The notes beneath the pieces are model-generated. The model did no database searches. It was not told where the DNA came from and worked only from the letters and a program-made list of their open reading frames with translations. A program made the translations under genes and the position numbers. From a bacterium (lineage in GTDB: Bacteria; UBA6262; WVXT01), in NCBI GenBank assembly GCA_046759165.1, contig JBHIBS010000032.1:1-15414 (forward strand): DNA of 15,414 nucleotides. Reading direction: 5' to 3'. This document shows, one piece after another, positions 1-7,746 of the stretch (positions are counted from its first letter, which is position 1; each line of letters opens with the position of its first letter).

Positions 1-1307
1 GCCGAACCAGGTTCATTATCCCCGACTACAATTCTGGAGGCACCCATCGTTCCCACCACAGCCAGAATGAGGAAAATACTTACAACCCCCCATCTGGAAA
101 GGCGGTTTACACTCAAAGAGGATATTTTTCCCAGAATCCTGTTCAGCAAATTGAATCTTTCCTCTCGCTCAACCTCCTTTCTTTTAGGAGGGGAAACAAA
201 AGAAAGGACCGAAGGTATAAAGGCTACAGTAGTGAAGAAGATACTTAACACCCCGGCTCCTGTAGCCAGAGCCATACTTCTAATCATTGCCAGAGGAACT
301 ATAAGAAGAGAAAGAAAGCCCAGTCCATCGGTAAGCAGGGAAGTGCAGGCGGGAACGAAGAGAGACCGAAGTGTTTCCTGAGAGGCTTCTTTGCTTGAAA
401 GATGTCTCAATGCCTCTTCATAATATCTTTTTATGAATTGAACAGAGTGGCTTATCCCTAAAGCCAGTACCAGAAAGGGCGTAAGTATGGTGGTTGGACC
501 AAGCCTATATCCTGTGAGAGTAAGGATTCCTAATCCCCAAACAGTAGCCATGAGACTGGAAGCAAGCGGAAGGAGAACTCCTCTCTTGGACCTGAAAGCA
601 CTGTATAGAATTAAAATCATCACAATTAGTGTTCCCAGAAAAATTTTTCCCATTTTGGGAATGTAAAAATCAAGCCATCCTTCCAATATCGGTCTCCCAC
701 CAATATATATGTGATTATTGGAATCCTTCTCTTCCTCTATAATTTCTCGAACTTGGCCAAAGATTCTTCTCGAGGCTACATCCGATTCGAAATCAGCCTG
801 AATTAGCGTGCTTTTGAAATCTTTCGATACAATGGGTCCGTAGATCATAGGATTCCTGACAATAGCCATCCTCAGTTTTTCCATCTCTTCAGTCGACTTC
901 GGCGGATACCTCATAAGCCTTTCTGCTCCAAATCCCTCCGCGGTCGCTTTCACATTCTTGATTTTCCTTGCTGAAAGGGAAACAACTCTACCAGCGTTTA
1001 TTCCGTCGAGAAGGTACAATTTCTTTGTAATGCTATATACCTTATTGAGAGTCGAATGATTAAATATATCTCCTTCTTTTACCTCAACGGCTATAGAGAT
1101 TTGATTCAATCCACCGAAGATATGGGTCAGTTGTCTCTGAACTGCAAGGTAGGGATGTTTCTGGGGGGCAAAATCACCTAAATTGGTCTGAAAGGTTAAA
1201 TGTCTTAGTTCATACACAAATAAAATAGTCAAAGCCAGGGAAATAAGAATAAATACTACCCTGTGCCGAATGACAAATCTCGCAAACAACGTTGAAAAAT
1301 TGCTCAA
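1..1307 (-). CDS. MMPL family / RND-superfamily efflux transporter permease, N-terminal ~435 aa (runs off left edge)
   Basis: Manually translated at both ends, which share one frame. TTG start at 1307 after GGGAAGGG RBS: MSNFSTLFARFVIRHRVVFILISLALTILFVYELRHLTFQTNLGDFAPQKHPYLAVQRQLTHIFGGLNQISIAVEVKEGDIFN...; TM1 followed by a large periplasmic loop; at the window edge it reads ...MGASRIVVGDNEPGS, the start of the second repeat. Absent from the ORF track, presumably because there is no stop in the window. Confidence 0.88.
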   Translation of the reverse strand, partial: MSNFSTLFARFVIRHRVVFILISLALTILFVYELRHLTFQTNLGDFAPQKHPYLAVQRQLTHIFGGLNQISIAVEVKEGDIFNHSTLNKVYSITKKLYLLDGINAGRVVSLSARKIKNVKATAEGFGAERLMRYPPKSTEEMEKLRMAIVRNPMIYGPIVSKDFKSTLIQADFESDVASRRIFGQVREIIEEEKDSNNHIYIGGRPILEGWLDFYIPKMGKIFLGTLIVMILILYSAFRSKRGVLLPLASSLMATVWGLGILTLTGYRLGPTTILTPFLVLALGISHSVQFIKRYYEEALRHLSSKEASQETLRSLFVPACTSLLTDGLGFLSLLIVPLAMIRSMALATGAGVLSIFFTTVAFIPSVLSFVSPPKRKEVEREERFNLLNRILGKISSLSVNRLSRWGVVSIFLILAVVGTMGASRIVVGDNEPGS

Positions 1308-1327
1308 CCGTTCCCTTCCCACACTTA

Positions 1328-1846
1328 TTAAGCAAATTGTTTTATCAATCTCTCTGTGAATCTGATTTCGGATTTCATAATCTCCAGAGTATGCTCCGTA
1401 ATGGCAATCATATGGTATAGGGCTTTCTCTCTCTGAAGAGTCTTTTCTCTATTCTCCGCCCAGGCTTTGATTTTTCTCAACCCATTCAATCTGTTTTCAA
1501 GTCGCCTTTTAACTATTTTAGGACTCACATATTGGAGAAAGTAGAGTGAGAGGTCTATATTTAGGTAGGGTCTCTGGAGAATAAGAAAGTTCTTATTTAA
1601 CAATTTAGTAAACTCTTCTTTCCCTTTTTGAGTAACCCTGTAGACATACTTCTCAGGACGCCTCCCCGCCCTTCCCACTTTCTTCGAGACCATACCTTTC
1701 TCTTCTAACCTCTTCAAAGGATAGTAGACCGATTTGACACTTATACCCGTAAATTGGCTTACCACATTATCGATCTCTTTTTTTATTTCATAACCATGTT
1801 TCGGACCCCCTTGCAATAAACCCAAAAACATCAAATCTTCCATCAT
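1328..1846 (-). CDS. PadR family transcriptional regulator
   Basis: wHTH signature LGLLQGGPKHGYEIKK...SVYYPLKRLEEKGMV...GRRPEKYVYRVTQKGKEEF plus a C-terminal helical dimerisation region; GGAGGA RBS at 1847-1852; the second ATG (1843) may be the real start. Confidence 0.93.
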   Translation of the reverse strand: MMEDLMFLGLLQGGPKHGYEIKKEIDNVVSQFTGISVKSVYYPLKRLEEKGMVSKKVGRAGRRPEKYVYRVTQKGKEEFTKLLNKNFLILQRPYLNIDLSLYFLQYVSPKIVKRRLENRLNGLRKIKAWAENREKTLQREKALYHMIAITEHTLEIMKSEIRFTERLIKQFA

Positions 1847-1852
1847 TCCTCC

Positions 1853-1888
1853 ATATAGTGAAATTTGAATATTAGAATTTTTCTATAT
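1853..1888. promoter_or_regulatory. 36-bp imperfect palindrome, candidate PadR operator
   Basis: ATATAGTGAAATTTGAATATTAGAATTTTTCTATAT matches its reverse complement at 28/36 positions; it lies between the -10 box and the padR RBS. Confidence 0.65.
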
Positions 1889-1915
1889 CTTACCAATCAA
1901 TAATTGACTTGTCAA
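1887..1915 (-). promoter_or_regulatory. sigma70-type promoter for the padR-mmpL operon
   Basis: Minus strand TTGACA (1915-1910), 17-bp spacer, TAAGAT (1892-1887) with an extended TGn element (TGG). Confidence 0.75.
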
Positions 1916-1984
1916 GCTTTTTTTGCAAAATTCTTGCAAAAGGTTGGAATCGTTCGGAAGGGATTATGCACAGGTCAAAAAGAG

Positions 1985-2091
1985 AAAAAGGGGTCAGAGT
2001 CATTTTTTCTGCCTGCCTATCTAAGGTTGTACGGCAGTGAAGCTATTTTGAGAAAGGGCGGAACTGAAAAAAATCACTCTGACCCCTTTTT
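1985..2091. repeat. 24-bp inverted repeat pair (MITE-like element or long stem-loop) just downstream of the SprA-like gene
   Basis: AAAAAGGGGTCAGAGTCATTTTTT (1985-2008) and AAAAAATCACTCTGACCCCTTTTT (2068-2091) are reverse complements with 1 mismatch, 59 bp apart. Confidence 0.75.
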
Positions 2092-2098
2092 TACTTTT

Positions 2099-5000
2099 TT
2101 AGAACTTTATGGTGAGTGTTGTGTTGACGTCAACGGCAAAATAGTTATTCTGGGGTAAAGCTCGATTAACAAAAAAGGTCATCCCACTTCCCACAGTTAA
2201 CATCAAATTTGTGCCCACGTTAAAATCACTCGACAGTAAGGTAGAATATGTATCAGTGTTGTCCTTCTCCCAATTGAGCTCGCTTCTCTTAATTTCAGCA
2301 CTTAAACGACCCTTGACTTTCATTTCACCTGCTGTTCTGACTCGCTTTCCGATTATTGGAATCTTCCACATTTCGGGCAAACTTAAACGTGCTTCCACAT
2401 CAATACTGGATGTGTGGATCCGACTTTCTTTCGTCTTTTCCCCACCGGTCTCTCCCTCCTCTTTCTTATAACCATACTTGAAATTAAATCTCCAATCCTT
2501 CCACCAGGTGAAAGTAATTTGAGCAGAATACGCTCTACTAAATTCTTCTAAGCTAATCTGCCAGGAAGGGGCACTTTTTACTCTTTTCCGGTAACCATTG
2601 TAGGTTAACCAAAAATAGTAATCTTTGAATAGTTTAAATCTCAAATCCTCACTGAAGTTTCCCGTTCTGCCCAACGAGACATCTTTGGTATCCTCCTTGG
2701 TCAGGATGTACTTTGTCATCATTTCTACTTCCTGCATTGCCAAGCCAAGTAGAGGGAATTTTTCGAGCTCCTTCATTCTTATATCCAGATAGGGCCAGAT
2801 GCGTTTCTGGCTATCGAGACGAGTTGGACCCCGATGAGTCTGTGTGCGTGTATAGTCTATGTCGGTGGTTATAGTCTTGAAAGGATATAGATATCCTTTC
2901 AAATCGAGAAATTCCAAGGGCTTCCAATTACTTTCCATCCTGAAGGTATCGAGAATGGAAAAAGATTTCAATTCATCCTCAATTCCTTTCAGTCTTTTAT
3001 ACCCCATACCCTTACCCCTTAGCCACAACTTCCCATAGATAGGATAGTCCTCCCTTATCTTCTCATAGGTATCACCATCGTTCAATTCATAAGAGGAAGT
3101 GATATTCAAGGAAGCTACAGGTTTAAATTTGGGAAAGAGTGATTTGGGAACAATAGGTAGTCTGAGTTTTGCTGAGCTTGACCTAGTAAAGTTCTTCTCT
3201 TCAGGAATTGAGGTACTGGTAACGATTATGAAATTTTCAGTATTGGTTATTTTGTAATCTATGGAAGGTTTGAGCCATTCGAAAAATTGGAGAGTTGAAT
3301 TAAATCCCGCTGTCTGTGTGCCCGACCTGGGACGTCCAATCTTTCCATCCGCATGCGCTCTTTCCCTCACTTTTCTCAAGGAATAGGATGGTTCAATCGA
3401 TAACTTAGATAGTGGCCTGAAGGTTGCTCTACCCGACCAATCATTTGTGAATTCCCAGAAATTTTTCTCCGTAGGAGCAGTGCTTGTGAATTTTGTAAAT
3501 TTATCAATCTTTTTATACGAACCGCCTATATCGTGCGGAAGAAGAAAGAAGCGAATAGGGAGTTCATACTGGTATAGAGTAGCTGAATATGTATCCGAAT
3601 CTTCCCTCCTCCCCTCAGGTTGACTACGCTCAACAATGCTTTTAGTATACCTTGTCCCCAGCCTGGGCAATTTTGGCAACCTGAGTTCCGTACTGGCACT
3701 CCCTTGCTGGCTTACCACACGACCTTCATCCTGGACGCTCAAATCCGCAACCCTCACCACCGAAGGAGTAACTGTGGTGGTCCTGCTCCAGTTCATTGAG
3801 ACTGGCAGGTAACTAAGCCTATTAAAATTCGTATAAGCTGAGATTACCTCTCTATCCTGATTCTTACTGGGAACAGTAATCGTCTCAAAGTTCCTATCCA
3901 TATACCAGTACTTTCCGCCAAAAGTGAACCAGCCGGGAAGTTCACAATCTAATCCCAACCTACCTGCCCAACCCTCCTTTTTCCTCGCACCGGTCAGATG
4001 AATCTCATTAACCCAGATTTCCCCATCAGAAATATTACTTCCTGTGCCATTTACAATCATTAGTCTTATCTCTGCAATGTTGGTGAGAACGGGATTCCCC
4101 ACCCTCCTTATGGTTCCATCTGAAGTTTCCATTGTGTCTGCTCCGTACTTTCCGTCAATATCTTCTAAGTTGATGGTCAAAAGCTTCCAGCCCTGCCAGT
4201 TTACCGTTCTTTCAAACTGATAATAATCGCTGGGAGTTCCTAATCTCATTGTGAAGGTAGGATTCTTTGTCGGATAATCGGGATTCTTAATGAAGAACCT
4301 GATTCTCTTATATTTTGAGTAGTCCTCAGCCCTAGTAAATGTCCATTTCGTGTATCCTGTTGCACCATTAATTAGTGTGTACTTCAGCGAAAGTGCCTGT
4401 TCCACTTCCCGTTCCTCGACAGCTTTCTCACCATAAAGGTCTTCATAATCTTCGTTATCGAGTAAGCCGCGACCATAATCAATATCCTCCTCAGTATTCA
4501 CAGCACCGACCGAAAAATAATCATTGGGACCTGCACTCTGGACAACTCCCCTCTCCCATTTATTCCCCACCACGCCAATTGAAGTAATCTTTATACTTCC
4601 TGAAATACCTGTTCCCTTCAATGTTATCCTTATGTGCTTTATAGCCGTCCAGTTTGAGGCAGTGGCTGTAGTGATACCAAGGTCCCAACTCACTTTCCTC
4701 CAGCCAGACCAGTTTACAGTGGTAGATGTCGAATAAGAAAAGCCTGCCGCTTCTGGACCTACGCGGTCCCCATCCAAATCCTCAGTGTCAATTTTTCCAT
4801 TCTTATAGCCGATCTTTCCATCCCTAAGGTAAATTTCCTCATCATCACCGATCCATCCAGAAAAATCCCAACCGACGTCCTCGCCGACATTTAGAGTCCC
4901 ATCGCCATTAACATCCTCTGTGTCCAGCACCGTATCCCCATCAGCATCCTCCGCAATGCTTCCCAATGTAATCTCCAGAATTTCTCCCTTCCCATCGCCA

Positions 5001-7132
5001 TAAACATATAGTTCTAAACTCTCCTTCTGTGAGTAGTCGACTCCTCGAGTGGAAATGGGATAGACAATAGATGCTGTAGCATTTCCAATCAAATTGTAAT
5101 TAATCTTCAGGGCTTCCTGTTCTTCATCTTCACCCACATCGGCATTTGGCTTGAAATCCTTAATCCTAACATCCTCATTATCCCAGCTGATAGCTCCTTC
5201 TAAAGTGGGAACTGCTCCCGGGTTACTGGCTATCTGCCAAAGGTCTTTATCGGTCGGCATCCCATCAATTAACTTTACTCCTTCCATGCTATCAATTATT
5301 GCCTTTCCCCGGGTATTGGGATTATTGAGACTTCTGCCTAATTCACCAGAAATCTTTGTCTTGAAAGGGAAAAATGGCTGGGGCTCAAAAGAGAATTCTG
5401 AATTTGCATCCAGAATGAGTTTACTCCCCGGAGTCGCCCTCACGCCGGGAACGGTTGCCGGTTTAGCTGCACCGCTATAAAGGATTGTGGAACCTAAAAA
5501 GAACCTGTCAGTGGGCGCCCATTCTCCCCTTGCGCCCAATAGAGTCTCCTGAAAGAGCCCTGCAAAGGGCATATATTCATAGTTAATCTTAATTTCTGTC
5601 TCTTCATCGATCTCTTCTTCTCGAAAGAATGTAATAAAGCCAGAGTCGTAGTCAATGAAATAGTCTTCATCCTTTTTGAGTAAGCGCCCATTCAATGTAA
5701 TCTTCTCACTTCCCTCCACGATGTTCGGACGCAGGAAATATGTCTTCTGCCGATACTTATACTCCACATACATGATGTAATGGTGCTGGGGATTTGTCTT
5801 GTCGTAAATGTCAGAATATGGCGGGTCGAAAGGCGTGCTGTCCTTAAATTTCAATATCCCCTCATCATAATCCATCTCAATCAGATCGTAGACATTCCCA
5901 AAAGTAGTTACTTCGTTACGGTTCAAATCTAAAATCTTCACAATAAAGTCCCTGCCCTCAACTCCCTGGATGATTTTCTTTCTGCCCAAGTTGTAATAAT
6001 TCATCATTTCCTGGTTCAAGAGTTCGTCTTCGTCTTTCAGTATCTTGGGCAAGTTAGCATTCCCGGTCCGCAGCCAAGTACCATCAGACTTCTGATAATC
6101 TACAGCGATAACATAATTTTCATAAATAGTCTTCCTGAAAGTAATAATCCCTTTAATATAGTCTATTGTATAATCCTGTCCCGGAACTTGAAGATTAAAG
6201 TATCCGTAATATGTAGCGCTGGGGAGTAGGGGCTCGGTACTTCTTACCACCATCCAGTCGCCATTCTGATTATTTGTCCCATCCCTGTCATCAACATAGA
6301 CCAGTTCACTTCCGCTCTGAATGTTGTTATCCCATAACTCATAGTATTTTCGCCGTCGGTACGAGGTATCGTTAATATCCCTCTTCTCAAATGTGCTCTT
6401 TCCTTTGAATTTCTTCTCTTCAGGTATTCCCTTGGTCTGGGAGCCAATAGCCATGAATTTGAATTTCTTATACTGCGCATTGACTTTCCCTCCAAATACG
6501 CTCTTCTTATACGCAACGAATTCAGTTGCAGGAAGTTCCAAGGTAATATCCCCGAATGCTGCTTCCTGAACAATTTCACCAGGGTCCCCTTTATAAACCA
6601 CCGTAATATCCCTCTTATCCTCCACAGTATCATCATAATCCACATTAACTGTAATCTTTCTACCCACCTGTCCCTTAATCTTCACCTGGAGCTCCTGGTT
6701 CATATCAAACCCCTCAGTCACTCCAGGAGGAGTGCCAGTAGTTGTCCTCTTCTCCTCATCCTTATAGAATACAGCACCATACTTCATCGAAATCATTTTC
6801 CTTCCGGATATGCTCAACCTCGACTCAAACGGAAGAATTACACCAATCCCTTTGGGAGGAGGGGGGACGGGTTTCGCCTCTTCTGGTTTTACTTCTTCCA
6901 CCTTCTCAACTTCGCCCGGAGCTAAAAGCTCTTCTTCAACTATGAATATTCCCTTCTCCTTCTCTCTCCTCATTCTATTCCATTCTTCTTGACTATAGGA
7001 GATAGATTCCTTCTCCTTTACAAGGGTATCAAAATCTTCGATTGCACCACCCCTAACGTCCATAGAACTCACTGAAGCAAGCCCAATGGATGCAATCGAA
7101 GCTAATAGAAAAATCTTTCTCGAAAGTAACAT
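2099..7132 (-). CDS. SprA/Sov-like large outer-membrane protein (type IX secretion translocon family), 1677 aa
   Basis: Signal peptide; SprA-type N-terminal motifs FDMNQELQVKIKGQVGRKITVNVDYDD, YKGDPGEIVQEAAFGDITLELPATEF...VFGGKV and IVEGSEKITLNGRLLKKDEDYFIDYDSGFITF; GSIAED...LDTED and GEIWVNEI motifs; amphipathic beta-strand-rich C-terminal third ending in Phe (TLTIKF); RBS AAAGGAAGA. Confidence 0.8.
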   Translation of the reverse strand: MLLSRKIFLLASIASIGLASVSSMDVRGGAIEDFDTLVKEKESISYSQEEWNRMRREKEKGIFIVEEELLAPGEVEKVEEVKPEEAKPVPPPPKGIGVILPFESRLSISGRKMISMKYGAVFYKDEEKRTTTGTPPGVTEGFDMNQELQVKIKGQVGRKITVNVDYDDTVEDKRDITVVYKGDPGEIVQEAAFGDITLELPATEFVAYKKSVFGGKVNAQYKKFKFMAIGSQTKGIPEEKKFKGKSTFEKRDINDTSYRRRKYYELWDNNIQSGSELVYVDDRDGTNNQNGDWMVVRSTEPLLPSATYYGYFNLQVPGQDYTIDYIKGIITFRKTIYENYVIAVDYQKSDGTWLRTGNANLPKILKDEDELLNQEMMNYYNLGRKKIIQGVEGRDFIVKILDLNRNEVTTFGNVYDLIEMDYDEGILKFKDSTPFDPPYSDIYDKTNPQHHYIMYVEYKYRQKTYFLRPNIVEGSEKITLNGRLLKKDEDYFIDYDSGFITFFREEEIDEETEIKINYEYMPFAGLFQETLLGARGEWAPTDRFFLGSTILYSGAAKPATVPGVRATPGSKLILDANSEFSFEPQPFFPFKTKISGELGRSLNNPNTRGKAIIDSMEGVKLIDGMPTDKDLWQIASNPGAVPTLEGAISWDNEDVRIKDFKPNADVGEDEEQEALKINYNLIGNATASIVYPISTRGVDYSQKESLELYVYGDGKGEILEITLGSIAEDADGDTVLDTEDVNGDGTLNVGEDVGWDFSGWIGDDEEIYLRDGKIGYKNGKIDTEDLDGDRVGPEAAGFSYSTSTTVNWSGWRKVSWDLGITTATASNWTAIKHIRITLKGTGISGSIKITSIGVVGNKWERGVVQSAGPNDYFSVGAVNTEEDIDYGRGLLDNEDYEDLYGEKAVEEREVEQALSLKYTLINGATGYTKWTFTRAEDYSKYKRIRFFIKNPDYPTKNPTFTMRLGTPSDYYQFERTVNWQGWKLLTINLEDIDGKYGADTMETSDGTIRRVGNPVLTNIAEIRLMIVNGTGSNISDGEIWVNEIHLTGARKKEGWAGRLGLDCELPGWFTFGGKYWYMDRNFETITVPSKNQDREVISAYTNFNRLSYLPVSMNWSRTTTVTPSVVRVADLSVQDEGRVVSQQGSASTELRLPKLPRLGTRYTKSIVERSQPEGRREDSDTYSATLYQYELPIRFFLLPHDIGGSYKKIDKFTKFTSTAPTEKNFWEFTNDWSGRATFRPLSKLSIEPSYSLRKVRERAHADGKIGRPRSGTQTAGFNSTLQFFEWLKPSIDYKITNTENFIIVTSTSIPEEKNFTRSSSAKLRLPIVPKSLFPKFKPVASLNITSSYELNDGDTYEKIREDYPIYGKLWLRGKGMGYKRLKGIEDELKSFSILDTFRMESNWKPLEFLDLKGYLYPFKTITTDIDYTRTQTHRGPTRLDSQKRIWPYLDIRMKELEKFPLLGLAMQEVEMMTKYILTKEDTKDVSLGRTGNFSEDLRFKLFKDYYFWLTYNGYRKRVKSAPSWQISLEEFSRAYSAQITFTWWKDWRFNFKYGYKKEEGETGGEKTKESRIHTSSIDVEARLSLPEMWKIPIIGKRVRTAGEMKVKGRLSAEIKRSELNWEKDNTDTYSTLLSSDFNVGTNLMLTVGSGMTFFVNRALPQNNYFAVDVNTTLTIKF

Positions 7133-7173
7133 CTCTTCCTTTTAAATATTCATTATATGGGCAGAGCAACCAC

Positions 7174-7198
7174 CTAGGGGCGACCCTTGCGGTCGCCC
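7174..7198 (+). repeat. REP-like palindrome
   Basis: CTAG-GGGCGACC-CTTGC-GGTCGCCC, an 8-bp perfect stem; GCGGTCGCCCAA recurs at 11850-11861. Confidence 0.65.
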
Positions 7199-7217
7199 AA
7201 ACTCTGCGTCAATGTAG

Positions 7218-7270
7218 GGAGTGCAGGGGCTTGTCCCCGTAAAAATTCCGCCCATAAAGGGCTACACTAC
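7218..7270 (+). repeat. 53-bp REP/BIME-like element, family A copy 1
   Basis: GGAGTGCAGGGGCTTGTCCCCGTAAAAATTCCGCCCATAAAGGGCTACACTAC; near-identical to 13474-13526 and to the reverse complement of 9976-10028. Confidence 0.9.
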
Positions 7271-7303
7271 TCGCAACTTTTGGAGAAGAACCCCATCCTT
7301 ATT

Positions 7304-7328
7304 GTAGGGGTTCGATTCATCGAACCCG
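7304..7328 (+). repeat. GTAG-REP hairpin, family B copy 1
   Basis: GTAG-GGGTTCGAT-TC-ATCGAACCC-G; identical to 13443-13467, one mismatch to 15392-15414. Confidence 0.9.
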
Positions 7329-7401
7329 CAGGTCTGATAAACGCACCTTCCGCCACGAGAATTTTAGCATAATTCTAACCAATTTAATCCCACTTTACAA
7401 T

Positions 7402-7467
7402 AAAAAAACCGCTCCCCAGTCTTCTCCAAAAAAGTAACGCCAGCGTCCAAATCACTGGTTTGCGGTT
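7402..7467 (-). terminator. Candidate terminator / expression platform of the riboswitch
   Basis: Minus strand AACCGC-aaa-CCAGU...ACUGG-gga-GCGGUU followed by a U-run; the internal loop is long, so this is atypical. Confidence 0.5.
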
Positions 7468-7483
7468 AAATAGTTCTCCGCGC

Positions 7484-7571
7484 GTCTTCCTTCGGTAACC
7501 CAGCCCTCCGCAGTGCGGAGCTGTAGCTTTGCGTCCTCCGATTTCTCGGAGTTTGCCTTTTCGCAGAAGAC
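7484..7571 (-). ncRNA. Cyclic di-GMP-I (GEMM-I) riboswitch aptamer in the 5' leader of the SprA-like gene
   Basis: Minus strand GUCUUCU-GCGAAAA-GGCAAAC-UCCGA-GAAA-UCGGA-GGACGCAAAGC-UACAG-CUCCGCACUGCGGAG-GGCUGGGUUACCGAA-GGAAGAC: P1 GUCUUCU/GGAAGAC, GNRA-capped P2, and the conserved GGCAAAC, GACGCAAAGC and UUACCG motifs. Confidence 0.9.
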
Positions 7572-7606
7572 AAGTTGACCTTATAAATTATGTAATTTCC
7601 AAAATG

Positions 7607-7635
7607 ATTATATCACAGATTTCCCTTATTGTCAA
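7607..7635 (-). promoter_or_regulatory. Consensus sigma70 promoter driving the riboswitch/SprA-like transcript
   Basis: Minus strand TTGACA (7635-7630), 17-bp spacer, TATAAT (7612-7607) with extended TGn; predicted start ~7600, about 30 nt before riboswitch P1. Confidence 0.85.
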
Positions 7636-7665
7636 TCGCTTTTGGAGGGCTACAGAATTTTATAA

Positions 7666-7694
7666 TTGCCATAATCGATGAAATTATGTATAAT
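7666..7694 (+). promoter_or_regulatory. sigma70 promoter for lptFG
   Basis: TTGCCA (7666-7671), 17-bp spacer, TATAAT (7689-7694). Confidence 0.65.
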
Positions 7695-7746
7695 CATTTT
7701 GAAACATAAAGGCTTACTCAGAATTATTTTTTGGCTTGCCTTTAAA

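Noticed and set aside
67-381. 104-aa plus-strand ORF
   Set aside because: Antisense shadow of the MMPL gene; no recognisable motifs.
1904-2158. 84-aa plus-strand ORF
   Set aside because: Translates the inverted repeat arms (KKGSESFF / KNHSDPFF) and overlaps the SprA-like 3' end.
2211-6992. Short ORFs overlapping the SprA-like gene
   Set aside because: Antisense or off-frame shadows of a long, motif-supported CDS.
7187-7372. 61-aa ORF and its look-alike at 13431-13703 (VGVRFIEP, GACPRKN)
   Set aside because: The similarity comes from translating REP families A and B, not from a protein family.
7484-7571. 3',3'-cGAMP (GEMM-Ib) assignment of the riboswitch
   Set aside because: The specificity position is G (GGCAAAC context) rather than A, so c-di-GMP is preferred pending a binding test.
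7678-7746. 23-aa N-terminal extension of LptF
   Set aside because: ATG 7678 lies inside the predicted promoter; MKVLHRYI at 7747 matches the family start.
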